Shown piece by piece: positions 1 to 8,703 of a stretch of DNA of 64,000 bases. Every line of letters starts with the position of its first letter. Within the stretch, counting starts at the first letter, position 1. The position numbers and the translations under genes were made by a program. Source of the DNA: Candidatus Cybelea sp. (GTDB lineage: Bacteria; Vulcanimicrobiota; Vulcanimicrobiia; Vulcanimicrobiales; Vulcanimicrobiaceae); NCBI GenBank assembly GCA_049800655.1, contig JBARKF010000310.1:2835-66834 (forward strand), in the 5' to 3' direction. A model generated the notes under the pieces. It was not told where the DNA came from. It did no database searches and saw only the letters and a program-made list of their open reading frames with translations.

Positions 1-207
1 CAATTGGTCGGAAGCTACGATGACGGCAGCGGCGTCATGCACGGATTCTTGATCTCGAATCCGCTTGTGCACGCGAAGTGGACGAGCATCGACGATCCAA
101 ACGGCATCGGCTCGACGGTCGTCAATGGACTGAACAATCACCGTGAATTGGTCGGGTTCTATACCGACGCCGCGGGCAACACCGACGGGATGTTGATTCA
201 GCCGTAG
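1..207 (+). CDS. 3'-terminal fragment of a probable secreted repeat protein (HAF-type extracellular repeat-like); the 5' end lies off-window
   Basis: The frame is open from base 1 to the TAG at 205-207. GVMHGFLISN and NGLNNHRELVGFYTDAAGN resemble HAF-family repeat units. The family assignment is tentative. Confidence 0.4.
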   Translation, partial: QLVGSYDDGSGVMHGFLISNPLVHAKWTSIDDPNGIGSTVVNGLNNHRELVGFYTDAAGNTDGMLIQP

Positions 208-218
208 CGCCTGCAGCA

Positions 219-252
219 AAAGTCCCTTGCGGCTCCGGCAGCAAGGGACTTT
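219..252 (+). terminator. Perfect 12-bp stem hairpin after the upstream gene (terminator-like, no clean U-tract)
   Basis: AAAGTCCCTTGC (219-230) and GCAAGGGACTTT (241-252) are exact reverse complements around a 10-nt loop, 12 nt after the stop codon. Confidence 0.45.
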
Positions 253-283
253 CCGCCCGACCCGATAACAAGACGGCCCGAGA

Positions 284-3200
284 ATGCCCCGCCGGAACGT
301 CATGGTCATCGGGTCGGGACCGATCGTGATCGGTCAGGCCGCAGAATTTGACTACGCCGGCGTGCAAGCGTGCCGCGCGCTGCGAGAGGAAGGCCATCGC
401 GTCGTCCTCGTCAACTCGAACCCCGCGACGATTATGACCGACCCGGAGATCGCCGATGCGGTCTATCTTGAACCGCTCGCGGTTGGCTCGGTGGAAGAGA
501 TCATCGCCCGTGAAGCGCCCGATGCGCTCTTACCGACGCTCGGTGGACAGACCGGTCTCAATCTCGCGGTCGAACTCGAAGAGGCGGGCGTCTTGCGCAA
601 GTACGACGTCGAGCTGCTCGGTACGCCGATCGAAACGATACGGCTGGCCGAAGACCGCGCGAAGTTCAAGCTCAAGATGCTAGAGATTGGCGAGCCGGTT
701 CCGGAGAGCGCAGTCGTTACCGCGATCGAGGAGGGGGTCAATTTCGCCCGGCGCGTCGGCTATCCGCTCGTCGTTCGCCCAGCCTATACCCTGGCCGGGA
801 CCGGCGGCGGCGTCGTCTACGACGAGGCACAACTGCGAACGACCCTCGACGCCGGCCTCAGTGCGAGCCTGATTCATCAGGCTCTTTTAGAAACGTCGCT
901 GCTCGGTTGGAAAGAGATCGAATACGAAGTGCTGCGCGACGGCGCCGGTAACTGCATCGTCGTCTGCAACATGGAGAATATCGATCCCGTCGGCGTTCAC
1001 ACGGGCGACTCAATCGTCGTTGCGCCGTCCCAGACGCTCTCCGATCTCGAATACCAGATGCTGCGCAGCGCGAGCATCAACGTTATTCGCGCGCTGGAAG
1101 TTCAAGGCGGCTGCAACATTCAGTTCGCCCTCCATCCCGACCGCAGCGAGTACGCGATCATCGAGGTGAATCCGCGCGTTTCGCGCAGCTCGGCACTCGC
1201 CTCCAAAGCAACGGGATACCCGATCGCCAAGATCTCAACGCGGATCGCGCTCGGTCAGCGGCTCGACGAAATTCCCAACCCCGTGACCGGTGTAACGCGG
1301 GCCGCATACGAGCCGACGCTCGACTACGTCGTCGTCAAAATTCCGCGCTGGCCGTTTGACAAGTTTCCCTTCGCCGATACCTCGATTGGAACGCAAATGA
1401 AATCCACCGGCGAGGCGATGGGCATTGGACGCACCTTCCGCGCGGCGCTGCTCAAAGCCGTTCGCGGCCTCGATCTGAACCACGAGACGCTCACCGGCGC
1501 GCTCCGCGAGTGGAGCCCGGCCGAGCTGGAGACGATCGTCGCCCGTCCCACGCACGAGCGTCTCTTTGCGGTCTGCGAGCTGCTGCGGCGCGCGCCGCTC
1601 GAGTCGCGTCGCGACGCGATCGAGCAGATCCGCGCGCTCTCGGGCATCGACCGTTTCTGGCTCAACGAGCTCGCTGAGTTGGTCGGCCTCGAAGACCGCC
1701 TTCGCGACGTACCCGCGCCGGCCGATCTCGTCGAAGCGAGGGAGTTCGGATACTCAAGCGCGAGCTTAGCGCGGCTCGGCGAAAGCCTGCCCGCGCGAAA
1801 CGGAGCAACGGGCCCTATCCCCGCATTTCGCATGGTCGACACGGCGGCCGCCGAGTTTCCCGCGCGATCGCCGTACTACTACCTCTCCCGAGGCGAGCTC
1901 GATGAGATGCGCGCGACGCCGGCTGAAGCCGTGGTGGTCGTCGGGAGCGGCCCGATCCGCATCGGACAGGGAATCGAGTTCGATTACAGCTGCGTCCACG
2001 CGGCCTGGGCCTTGAAGGACGCCGGCCGTTCGCCGGTCGTCATCAATAACAACCCCGAGACCGTGTCGACCGACTTCGACATCTCCGACGCACTCGTCTT
2101 CGAGCCGCCCGGACCCGACGAAGTCGAAGCAGCATATCGCGCGACCAACGCCCTTGGCGTAATGCTTGCCTTCGGCGGACAAACCGCGATCAATCTCGCG
2201 GCCGAGCTTAGCCGGCGCGGTGTGAAGATCATCGGCAGCGACCGCCGCTCGCTCGACATGGCGGAGAACCGCGAGCAGTTCGACGCGGCGCTGGCGCGTC
2301 TCGGCGTCGCCCGACCCCAAGGCAAGGCGGCGCGAAGCTTTCGCGAGGCGCGTGCGATCGCGCGCGAGCTCGGTTTTCCGGTGCTCGTCCGGCCTTCGTT
2401 CGTGCTCGGCGGTCGCGCGATGGAAATCGTTTATAACGAGGCGCAGCTCGCGGCCTATGCCGAGTCTGCTCCCGCAATCCAGGCCGGTGCCCCGTTGCTG
2501 GTCGACAAGTATCTCCGTGGTCTGGAGCTCGAAGTCGACGCGATCTTCGACGGTGACGATATCCTCATTCCGGGGATCTTCGAGCACCTCGAGCGTGCCG
2601 GCGTGCATTCCGGCGATTCCATCAGCGTCTATCCGGTTCAGACGATCGATGCGGAAATGGAGCAGCGGATTGCCGGCGTCACGTATGCGATCGCGCGCGA
2701 GCTGCGAATCCGCGGTCTGATCAACATCCAGTTCGTGGTGCACGACGCGACGCTCTACATCATCGAAGCCAATCCGCGCGCCAGCCGCACCGTACCGATC
2801 ATTCAAAAGGCGACGGGCATTAATCTGGTTGCCGCAGCGACTCGCGTCGCACTCGGCGAGAAGTTAGCCGATATGGAATACGGAGTCGGCCTCCGGCCGC
2901 ACGTGCCGTACGTCGTGGTGAAAGTGCCCGTTTTCTCGTTCTCAAAGATGCTTGGCGTCGAAACGGTGTTGGGGCCGGAGATGAAGTCGACCGGGGAGGT
3001 GCTCGGAATCGACGAGTCATTTGGCGGAGCGCTTCGTAAGGGATTTCTCGCCGCCGGCGTACGCTTGCCGGGCGGCGGCGGCCGGATTCTGGTCTCGATC
3101 GCGGACGAAGAGAAAGACGAGTCCATACCGGTGCTGCGCGACTATGCGGCACTCGGCCACACTCTCGTCGCCACGCCGGGTACCCACGCGTTTCTCGAAA

Positions 3201-3487
3201 GCGCCGGGATTGCGACCGAACCGATCAATAAAATCGCCGATGGATCGCCGCACGTGCTCGACCTTATCGCGTCACGCAGAGTCGACCTCGTTATCAACGA
3301 CGCCAAAGGGGTCCGGGAAATCTCCGACGACTACAAGATTCGCCGCGCGGCGGTCGAGGCGAATATTGCGTGTTTAACGAGTCTCGATACGGCGCGGGCG
3401 CTGGCGGAGGCGCTCGCAAGCAAGTCTGGACCGCCACGCAGCCTGCAAGAGTACCGCAGCCTGCTAGGATTCGAGGTGAGCCGTTAA
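284..3487 (+). CDS. carB: Carbamoyl-phosphate synthase large subunit
   Basis: 1067 aa. The N-terminus reads VMVIGSGPIVIGQAAEFDYAG, and the ATP-grasp half is internally duplicated (second copy VVVVGSGPIRIGQGIEFDYS). An MGS-like C-terminal domain is present. No carA lies upstream. Confidence 0.97.
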   Translation: MPRRNVMVIGSGPIVIGQAAEFDYAGVQACRALREEGHRVVLVNSNPATIMTDPEIADAVYLEPLAVGSVEEIIAREAPDALLPTLGGQTGLNLAVELEEAGVLRKYDVELLGTPIETIRLAEDRAKFKLKMLEIGEPVPESAVVTAIEEGVNFARRVGYPLVVRPAYTLAGTGGGVVYDEAQLRTTLDAGLSASLIHQALLETSLLGWKEIEYEVLRDGAGNCIVVCNMENIDPVGVHTGDSIVVAPSQTLSDLEYQMLRSASINVIRALEVQGGCNIQFALHPDRSEYAIIEVNPRVSRSSALASKATGYPIAKISTRIALGQRLDEIPNPVTGVTRAAYEPTLDYVVVKIPRWPFDKFPFADTSIGTQMKSTGEAMGIGRTFRAALLKAVRGLDLNHETLTGALREWSPAELETIVARPTHERLFAVCELLRRAPLESRRDAIEQIRALSGIDRFWLNELAELVGLEDRLRDVPAPADLVEAREFGYSSASLARLGESLPARNGATGPIPAFRMVDTAAAEFPARSPYYYLSRGELDEMRATPAEAVVVVGSGPIRIGQGIEFDYSCVHAAWALKDAGRSPVVINNNPETVSTDFDISDALVFEPPGPDEVEAAYRATNALGVMLAFGGQTAINLAAELSRRGVKIIGSDRRSLDMAENREQFDAALARLGVARPQGKAARSFREARAIARELGFPVLVRPSFVLGGRAMEIVYNEAQLAAYAESAPAIQAGAPLLVDKYLRGLELEVDAIFDGDDILIPGIFEHLERAGVHSGDSISVYPVQTIDAEMEQRIAGVTYAIARELRIRGLINIQFVVHDATLYIIEANPRASRTVPIIQKATGINLVAAATRVALGEKLADMEYGVGLRPHVPYVVVKVPVFSFSKMLGVETVLGPEMKSTGEVLGIDESFGGALRKGFLAAGVRLPGGGGRILVSIADEEKDESIPVLRDYAALGHTLVATPGTHAFLESAGIATEPINKIADGSPHVLDLIASRRVDLVINDAKGVREISDDYKIRRAAVEANIACLTSLDTARALAEALASKSGPPRSLQEYRSLLGFEVSR
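3331..3449. repeat. Copy A of a 119-bp direct repeat (native carB 3' end); its partner is at 6449-6567
   Basis: A hand alignment of 3331-3449 against 6449-6567 gives 110/119 identical bases, same orientation, no gaps. Confidence 0.9.
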
Positions 3488-4807
3488 GCGGCCGGAGCGA
3501 ATCGCGTCCTGCATCGCCGCGTAGTCGCGGTCGACTTGAACGGCATAGGCCTTGGTGTATTCGACGATCGCCGTATCGAAGACATCGCTCCGGCCCAAGT
3601 AACCGCGGATCGCGTCGGCGTCGCCGGCCTTGGCGTGAGCGCGAGCGAGAGCCCAGCCACACATCGTTGCGTAGTTAACCAGCAGGCGCGGATCGAGCTT
3701 CTCGAAATCGGCGGATATCTTCATATCGCGTAGCTGACGCACGTAGAAATCACGTTCCCCGGGCAGCTCCGTCCAACCGAGGAAGATGTCGCCGGCGGCC
3801 TGCATCAGCCGCTGCCCGTACACCACGCGCTCACCCTCATGCGCAAAGCGGCTCTTGGGGCCGGCCGGCTCGAGCACGGATCGCCGCGCCTCCTTCATTT
3901 GGAGAAAGAGCGGCTCTTCCCCATTTGCGAGGAAGAGTGCGATATAGCAGTGCGTGCCGACACTCCCCACGCCGACGACTTTTAACGCGGCGTCTTCAAA
4001 TTCATAGCGGTTCAGCAGCTGCCGAAGCTCGGCACTTGCCGACGCCTTGTACCGGTCGATAACGGTGGCGGCCCGCTCCTCCCAGCCCAAGCGTTGCTGA
4101 TACTCGTGGGTTATGAGCGGCGGATCGTCCATAATCTTCGCCCGCCCGTCGACGATCGTCGTCAACTTCGGGAAGACCGACTCTGAAGTACGCTTTGCCG
4201 CTTGGCGGCGTTTCTTCAGCAGCGTGCGCTCCGTTCTGCGGTGAACCGAAAAGTGCTCGATGAGGTCTTCGATGCGGATGCCTTCGTACCAACGTTCGAT
4301 GATCGTCCGGTCCGCTAGCTCGGCCATTCGCAAACGGTAGGATATGACCGACGCGCGGACGGCTTCCTCTCCAACGCCCTCGGACAAATTACGGCCCCGA
4401 GCGGCAAGCAGGACGCTGACTCCGAGCCGCTTGACGTCCCATTCAAACGGCCCCGGGAACGTTTCGTCGAAGTCGTTGATGTCGAACGCCAAATGCCGCT
4501 CGGGCGTCGCAAATCCGCCGAAGTTCATCAGGTGACAGTCGCCGCAGAGCTGGACCACGATCCCCGAACTCGGTGAGCCGGCGAGATCGTGCGCTTGAAT
4601 CGCGGCCGTCCCTCGAAAGAAGGCGAACGGTGATAGCGACATCCTTCCGTAACGGACCGGTACGAGTTCTTCGATTCGGCCTTCATCCGACGCGCCGAGG
4701 ATTGCAACCGCGTCGTCGGATCGTATCGTCCATTCGGCATGTGCCGCTCGGGGACAGCGCGATCGCAGGTTCTTCCCAGCGGCCCGGCGTGCTGCTTTGG
4801 TCATCAT
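3464..4807 (-). CDS. DUF2252 domain-containing protein
   Basis: Family-typical blocks are present: VPVRYGRMSLSPFAFFRGTAAIQAHDLA, VQLCGDCHLMNFGGFATPERHLAFDINDFDETFPGPFEWDVKRL. The start was trimmed to ATGATG at 4807/4804, which overlaps the upstream gene's stop. The tracked 573-aa ORF has an Arg-rich artefactual extension. Confidence 0.85.
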   Translation of the reverse strand: MMTKAARRAAGKNLRSRCPRAAHAEWTIRSDDAVAILGASDEGRIEELVPVRYGRMSLSPFAFFRGTAAIQAHDLAGSPSSGIVVQLCGDCHLMNFGGFATPERHLAFDINDFDETFPGPFEWDVKRLGVSVLLAARGRNLSEGVGEEAVRASVISYRLRMAELADRTIIERWYEGIRIEDLIEHFSVHRRTERTLLKKRRQAAKRTSESVFPKLTTIVDGRAKIMDDPPLITHEYQQRLGWEERAATVIDRYKASASAELRQLLNRYEFEDAALKVVGVGSVGTHCYIALFLANGEEPLFLQMKEARRSVLEPAGPKSRFAHEGERVVYGQRLMQAAGDIFLGWTELPGERDFYVRQLRDMKISADFEKLDPRLLVNYATMCGWALARAHAKAGDADAIRGYLGRSDVFDTAIVEYTKAYAVQVDRDYAAMQDAIRSGRLTAHLES

Positions 4808-6366
4808 CTCGCAAGCGAGAGCGCGTCGGCCGAGGTATCCACGCTTGCGGTGAGCGTCCCGGGCACGACGACGTGGACGACGAGCGCGTCGACGTCTACT
4901 CCAATGCCGTTCAGCCCGACCGATGCCGGCACCGCACGTAACGCAACCGTCGTTCCATCCGACGTGGTGAACGTGCGGTCGTAGGGTTTCATAAACGGCG
5001 CGGTGTGCTCGTCGATGAGCTTCGATGCGTCGAACGTCGCGGCATTTCGCACCCGTGAGACGACGAAGTTTGAGGTCAGCAGTGGAGCGAACATGCGTAT
5101 TAACAGACGGCTCGTGTCGGTGGTGTAGTTGAGATCGGGCATCGAGATCACTCGCGTCGCCGGATCCACGGTCGGCGTTCCCCAAAGGTAGAGTTTCCCC
5201 GACGCGCCTCCCGAAAAGCCGACCTCAATTACGAGCTTCGGCTGCGGCGTCGTGGCCGTTCCGGCGTCGGTCGCGTAAATATCCACGCTGTCGACGCGCA
5301 CCGTGCCGATCACTTTGATCGGGAGTTCGGTCCCGACGATCGACGATCGCGCGTGTTCTACCATGAGGCTGAAAGGTACGCGGACGTCGATGGGCAGACG
5401 GAACTCGTCGGGAATGTCGAGAGCCGAAAAACTCGGAACCGAAACCTGTGAAGGCGGCGGCGCCTCACTCCCTAACGAAACCTGCGGACGCGCGGCCAAT
5501 GCCAGGTTGAAGTTCGCCAGCAGATCGCTGCCGCTCGTCGCAAGCGATAACTTCCGTATGGTTGCGTTCTGCAGGTTCGGGGTAAGCCAAGCGTTTTCCG
5601 AGACTTGAATCGGCTGCGCGAGTTGCTGCGCCACCGTTGCGAACTTTGCGCGAACGACGAGGTCGAAGGCACGTTGTACCACCATTGCAACGGTCTGCGC
5701 TACTTTATTCAGGGCGCGCAGATACGGCTCGCGAAGTGCCGGCGTCAAGTCGATTCCGCCGTTGTTGATGAAGGAGCGGGCGATGTCGCAATACGCGGGA
5801 AGACGCCCGACGAAGTCCGAGATGCTCGTTTGAAGCGTTCCATCCGGGCGGACTCGGGCGGCGATCGCCGCCGATGCACGCAGCGCCGCGTTTCCCTTCG
5901 GACCGCAGACGTACTCCCCGGCTCGCGAGCGCAGCTGGAGCTCGAAGCGTTCGTTGAACCCGATCCGAATGACGTCGCCTTGGCTGCTCGCGCCGACGTC
6001 GCCGCGGCGGGCCGTAATCCGAAACTCCGTTGGTACGAACTGCGACCCGACGACTTTGCTATTGAGATAGGTCGCGATGATGGAACGAACGTCGGCGTAG
6101 CCGTCGTTGGAAGCCGTTTGAACCGCGCGCCAGCCGGAGTCTAAAATTCTCGAGGACCCTGCGCGGCTGAGTGCCTGTCGGAAGTTTCGGACGCGCACGT
6201 CGATCGGGATCACGATGACCGACGTCTGTGCATTCGTCCCTGGCGGGAACGATGTCGCCCGTGGCGGCGCCGGTGGAAATGCCGAGCCGCATCCTTCCAG
6301 CGTGAGTGCAAAGCAGAGAATCACGGCAGCCATGCTGCCGGCGAATCTGCGGATCGTCAGCGGCAT
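4804..6366 (-). CDS. Hypothetical lipoprotein (520 aa)
   Basis: ATG at 6366 follows GGGAGG. The signal peptide plus lipobox is MPLTIRRFAGSMAAVILCFALTLEGC. The tracked N-terminal extension runs into the carB-fragment repeat and is rejected. Function is not recognised. Confidence 0.7.
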   Translation of the reverse strand: MPLTIRRFAGSMAAVILCFALTLEGCGSAFPPAPPRATSFPPGTNAQTSVIVIPIDVRVRNFRQALSRAGSSRILDSGWRAVQTASNDGYADVRSIIATYLNSKVVGSQFVPTEFRITARRGDVGASSQGDVIRIGFNERFELQLRSRAGEYVCGPKGNAALRASAAIAARVRPDGTLQTSISDFVGRLPAYCDIARSFINNGGIDLTPALREPYLRALNKVAQTVAMVVQRAFDLVVRAKFATVAQQLAQPIQVSENAWLTPNLQNATIRKLSLATSGSDLLANFNLALAARPQVSLGSEAPPPSQVSVPSFSALDIPDEFRLPIDVRVPFSLMVEHARSSIVGTELPIKVIGTVRVDSVDIYATDAGTATTPQPKLVIEVGFSGGASGKLYLWGTPTVDPATRVISMPDLNYTTDTSRLLIRMFAPLLTSNFVVSRVRNAATFDASKLIDEHTAPFMKPYDRTFTTSDGTTVALRAVPASVGLNGIGVDVDALVVHVVVPGTLTASVDTSADALSLAR

Positions 6367-6448
6367 GATCCATCCTCCCAGGTGCGACTGTACGGCAGGC
6401 TTGCCTAGAGGGAGGTCATCCCCCTGCCAGCATGGCCGCTCCGTCCAA

Positions 6449-6567
6449 CTACAAGATTCGCCGCGCCGCGGTCGAAGCGAAGGTTGCGTGTTTAACGAGT
6501 CTAGGTACGGCGCGGGCGCCGGCGGGGGCGCTCGCAAGCAAGGCTGGACCGCCACGCAGCCTGCAAG
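6449..6567 (+). pseudogene. Orphan 119-bp fragment of the carB 3' end (copy B of the direct repeat)
   Basis: In the carB frame it translates to YKIRRAAVEAKVACLTSLGTARA..ALASK.GPPRSLQ, matching carB residues near 3331-3449. It lacks both the rest of carB and the last ~38 bp, including the stop. Confidence 0.85.
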
Positions 6568-6799
6568 CGAGACGCAAGTATTCGCCATCGGCGGAAACGA
6601 GACGACCCTGGCCTTCGTCAACTCGTTACGCCCCAACGGTACCGGTGCCGTCAACGCGACGCTCATACCGATCGCAAGAACGCCGCTCGGCATCGCCGTC
6701 GGCGATGGGCGTCAGGAGGTCGCGATTCCGCTCGCGGGTCTCTTCGAATGGGCGGATCGCACGTTTTCGGCCGACGACGAGCGGGCATTCATCACATCA

Positions 6800-7300
6800 A
6801 TGCGCGATCTCGAACTGCTCGCGCGAGTCGGCTGGGATTCGCGGCTTCCCGATACCATGGACGAGCGCAGCATCGTCAATCTCGAAGATCTTCCGGACGA
6901 AGTTGCCGACGGACTAGCAAGCCCGCCCGTCACGCTCGTTACGTGCGCGGCGTGCCGGCGGCTCTGCGTTCGCGACGATTTTGTTTGGAAAGAGAAACAG
7001 CTCTGCGCCTGGGACTATCACGCGCAGGTCTTCGGTCGCCGCGGCCCCTGGCACGAGGGTCCGTATGAGGAACGTCATTTTGAGACGCTTCCGGCTTGCT
7101 CGTATGTCGCCGATCCGCTCCTCATCGAGCTGGGCGTCGAACCGGTGATGGCCGGCGGAGCGCTTCCCGAATCGACCGCTCGCGCAATCGTGAATCTGAT
7201 TCTCGAGGCCGATGCGAAGCGGCCGCACCTTGCGGTCCGCACCGCGCTCGGTCTATGGGTTTTGCGGGAGAAGCCCGCTCCGAGCCACGCGCAAGAGTGA
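6800..7300 (+). CDS. Hypothetical protein, translationally coupled to the PBP gene (start uncertain)
   Basis: The frame is open from 6215, but there is no ATG/GTG/TTG between 6569 and the ATG at 6800. The stop TGA (7298-7300) overlaps the GTG start of the PBP (GTGA). It contains TCAACRRLC...C and has no recognisable family. Confidence 0.45.
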   Translation: MRDLELLARVGWDSRLPDTMDERSIVNLEDLPDEVADGLASPPVTLVTCAACRRLCVRDDFVWKEKQLCAWDYHAQVFGRRGPWHEGPYEERHFETLPACSYVADPLLIELGVEPVMAGGALPESTARAIVNLILEADAKRPHLAVRTALGLWVLREKPAPSHAQE

Positions 7301-8703
7301 CCAACCGCGCGATCCGTGACCTCTCACTCTTCTTCGTGCTTCTTTTCGCCGTGCTGGCGGTCCGCCAAATCTACGTGCAGATCATCAACGCCTCCGCAAT
7401 CGCGGCGCGTCCGACGAACCCGCGCCACGCCATGCTCGACGCCGGGCGGGGAGCAATTCTCGCGACCGACGGCACGGTGCTCGCACAGACCATCGGCGGA
7501 CGGCGCGTCTATCCGTTCGGTGCGCAGCTCGCTCAGCAGGTCGGTTATGTATCCCCGCGCTACGGCACCAGCGGAATCGAAGGGAGCTTCGACCGCGCCC
7601 TGACCTCGCCGGATCTCAACGGCGACCCGCTGGCACAGCTTGGCGAGCTCGCGGCGACGCTGCGTGGTACGCCGGCCGCCGCGAAGGGAGCCGACGTCAT
7701 CACGACGATCGTTCCCGCCGTTCAGACGAACTTATCCGGGCTTCTCGAGCAGTATCCACGAGCCGCCGGCGTGGTAATCGATCCTCGCAGCGGTGCCGTC
7801 CTCGCGCTGGCGAGCGTGCCGAGCTACGACCCCAACGATTTTGACGCCGAGTTCGCGCAGCTTAGCAGCGACCCGGCAGCGCCGCTGGTGGATCGCGCGC
7901 TCGACGGGCTCTACCCGCCCGGCTCGACGTTCAAGATCTTCACCGCAGCGGCGGCTCTCGACAGCAATACCGTGACGATGGATTCGCACTTTGAGGATCC
8001 CGGTTACCTCGTTATCGGCGATTTCACGCTGCACGACAACGAGAGTGAAGCCACCGGGTATGCCGACCTGACAACCGCCTTCGCCCTTTCGAGTAACGTC
8101 GACTTTGGTCAAATCGCGCTCAAGATGGGCGTCGACACGTTTTACGATTACCTGCAGCGCTGGGGCATCGGGGCATCGCTCGACTTTCAGCTACCCGCGC
8201 AGCGCAGTCGCGTGCCGCCCAAATCGAGCATCGTACCCGGCGAGCTCGCGCAGATGGCCTTCGGACAGGGAGCGCTGCTGACGACGCCGCTGCAGATGGC
8301 GCTCATCGGAGCGACGATTGCTAACGGCGGTAGCGAGCCGCGGCCGTTCATCGTCCGAGAGGTCCGCAGCGGCGGCATCGCCGCCAGCACGTCTCCAAGC
8401 GCCATGTTGGCAAACCCGGTATCGGCCGACACCGCCGCGAACGTTACCAAAATGATGGTGGCCGTCGTGCAACGGGGCACGGGCACTCCGGCGCAGCTGC
8501 CACACGTGACGGTTGCCGGAAAGACCGGTACCGCGACGAATCCGGCGGGACGTTCCCACGCATGGTTTGTCGCCTTCGCGCCGGCCGAGCATCCCCGGGT
8601 AGTCGTCGCAATCGTCATCGAGAACGTCGGTTACGGCGCAACCTACGCGGCCCCGATCGCGCGAGAGGTGCTCGAGACGGCGTTAGAGAGCATCGGAAGT
8701 TGA
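7297..8703 (+). CDS. Class B penicillin-binding protein / peptidoglycan D,D-transpeptidase (PBP2/FtsI family)
   Basis: An N-terminal TM segment (LSLFFVLLFAVLAV) is followed by the transpeptidase motifs STFK (PPGSTFKIF), SSN (ALSSNVDF) and KTGT (AGKTGTAT). The start is set at GTG 7297. Confidence 0.9.
   Translation: MTNRAIRDLSLFFVLLFAVLAVRQIYVQIINASAIAARPTNPRHAMLDAGRGAILATDGTVLAQTIGGRRVYPFGAQLAQQVGYVSPRYGTSGIEGSFDRALTSPDLNGDPLAQLGELAATLRGTPAAAKGADVITTIVPAVQTNLSGLLEQYPRAAGVVIDPRSGAVLALASVPSYDPNDFDAEFAQLSSDPAAPLVDRALDGLYPPGSTFKIFTAAAALDSNTVTMDSHFEDPGYLVIGDFTLHDNESEATGYADLTTAFALSSNVDFGQIALKMGVDTFYDYLQRWGIGASLDFQLPAQRSRVPPKSSIVPGELAQMAFGQGALLTTPLQMALIGATIANGGSEPRPFIVREVRSGGIAASTSPSAMLANPVSADTAANVTKMMVAVVQRGTGTPAQLPHVTVAGKTGTATNPAGRSHAWFVAFAPAEHPRVVVAIVIENVGYGATYAAPIAREVLETALESIGS

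Noticed and set aside
1766-2806. The 346-aa minus-strand ORF inside carB, and similar ones at 19846..20868, 38112..39341, 43379..43846 and 45427..46329
   Set aside because: Each is antisense to a strongly supported conserved gene (carB, glmS, glcF, glmM, cdaA). Each has Arg-rich composition with no motifs.
4808-5185. The N-terminal 126 residues of tracked ORF 3464..5185, and analogous extensions of 4804..6693, 51809..53386, 61893..63320, 31618..32727, 15088..16170 and 21639..22520
   Set aside because: The extensions are Arg/His-rich, overlap the neighbouring gene, and precede internal starts that reproduce canonical family N-termini and give 1-4-nt coupling overlaps.
6432-6917. ORF 6432..6917 (+) as a real gene or a second carB
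   Set aside because: Its first ~45 residues merely translate the 119-bp carB 3' fragment. The rest is Arg/Ser-rich, out of frame with the better-supported 6800..7300 gene, and has no carB upstream region.
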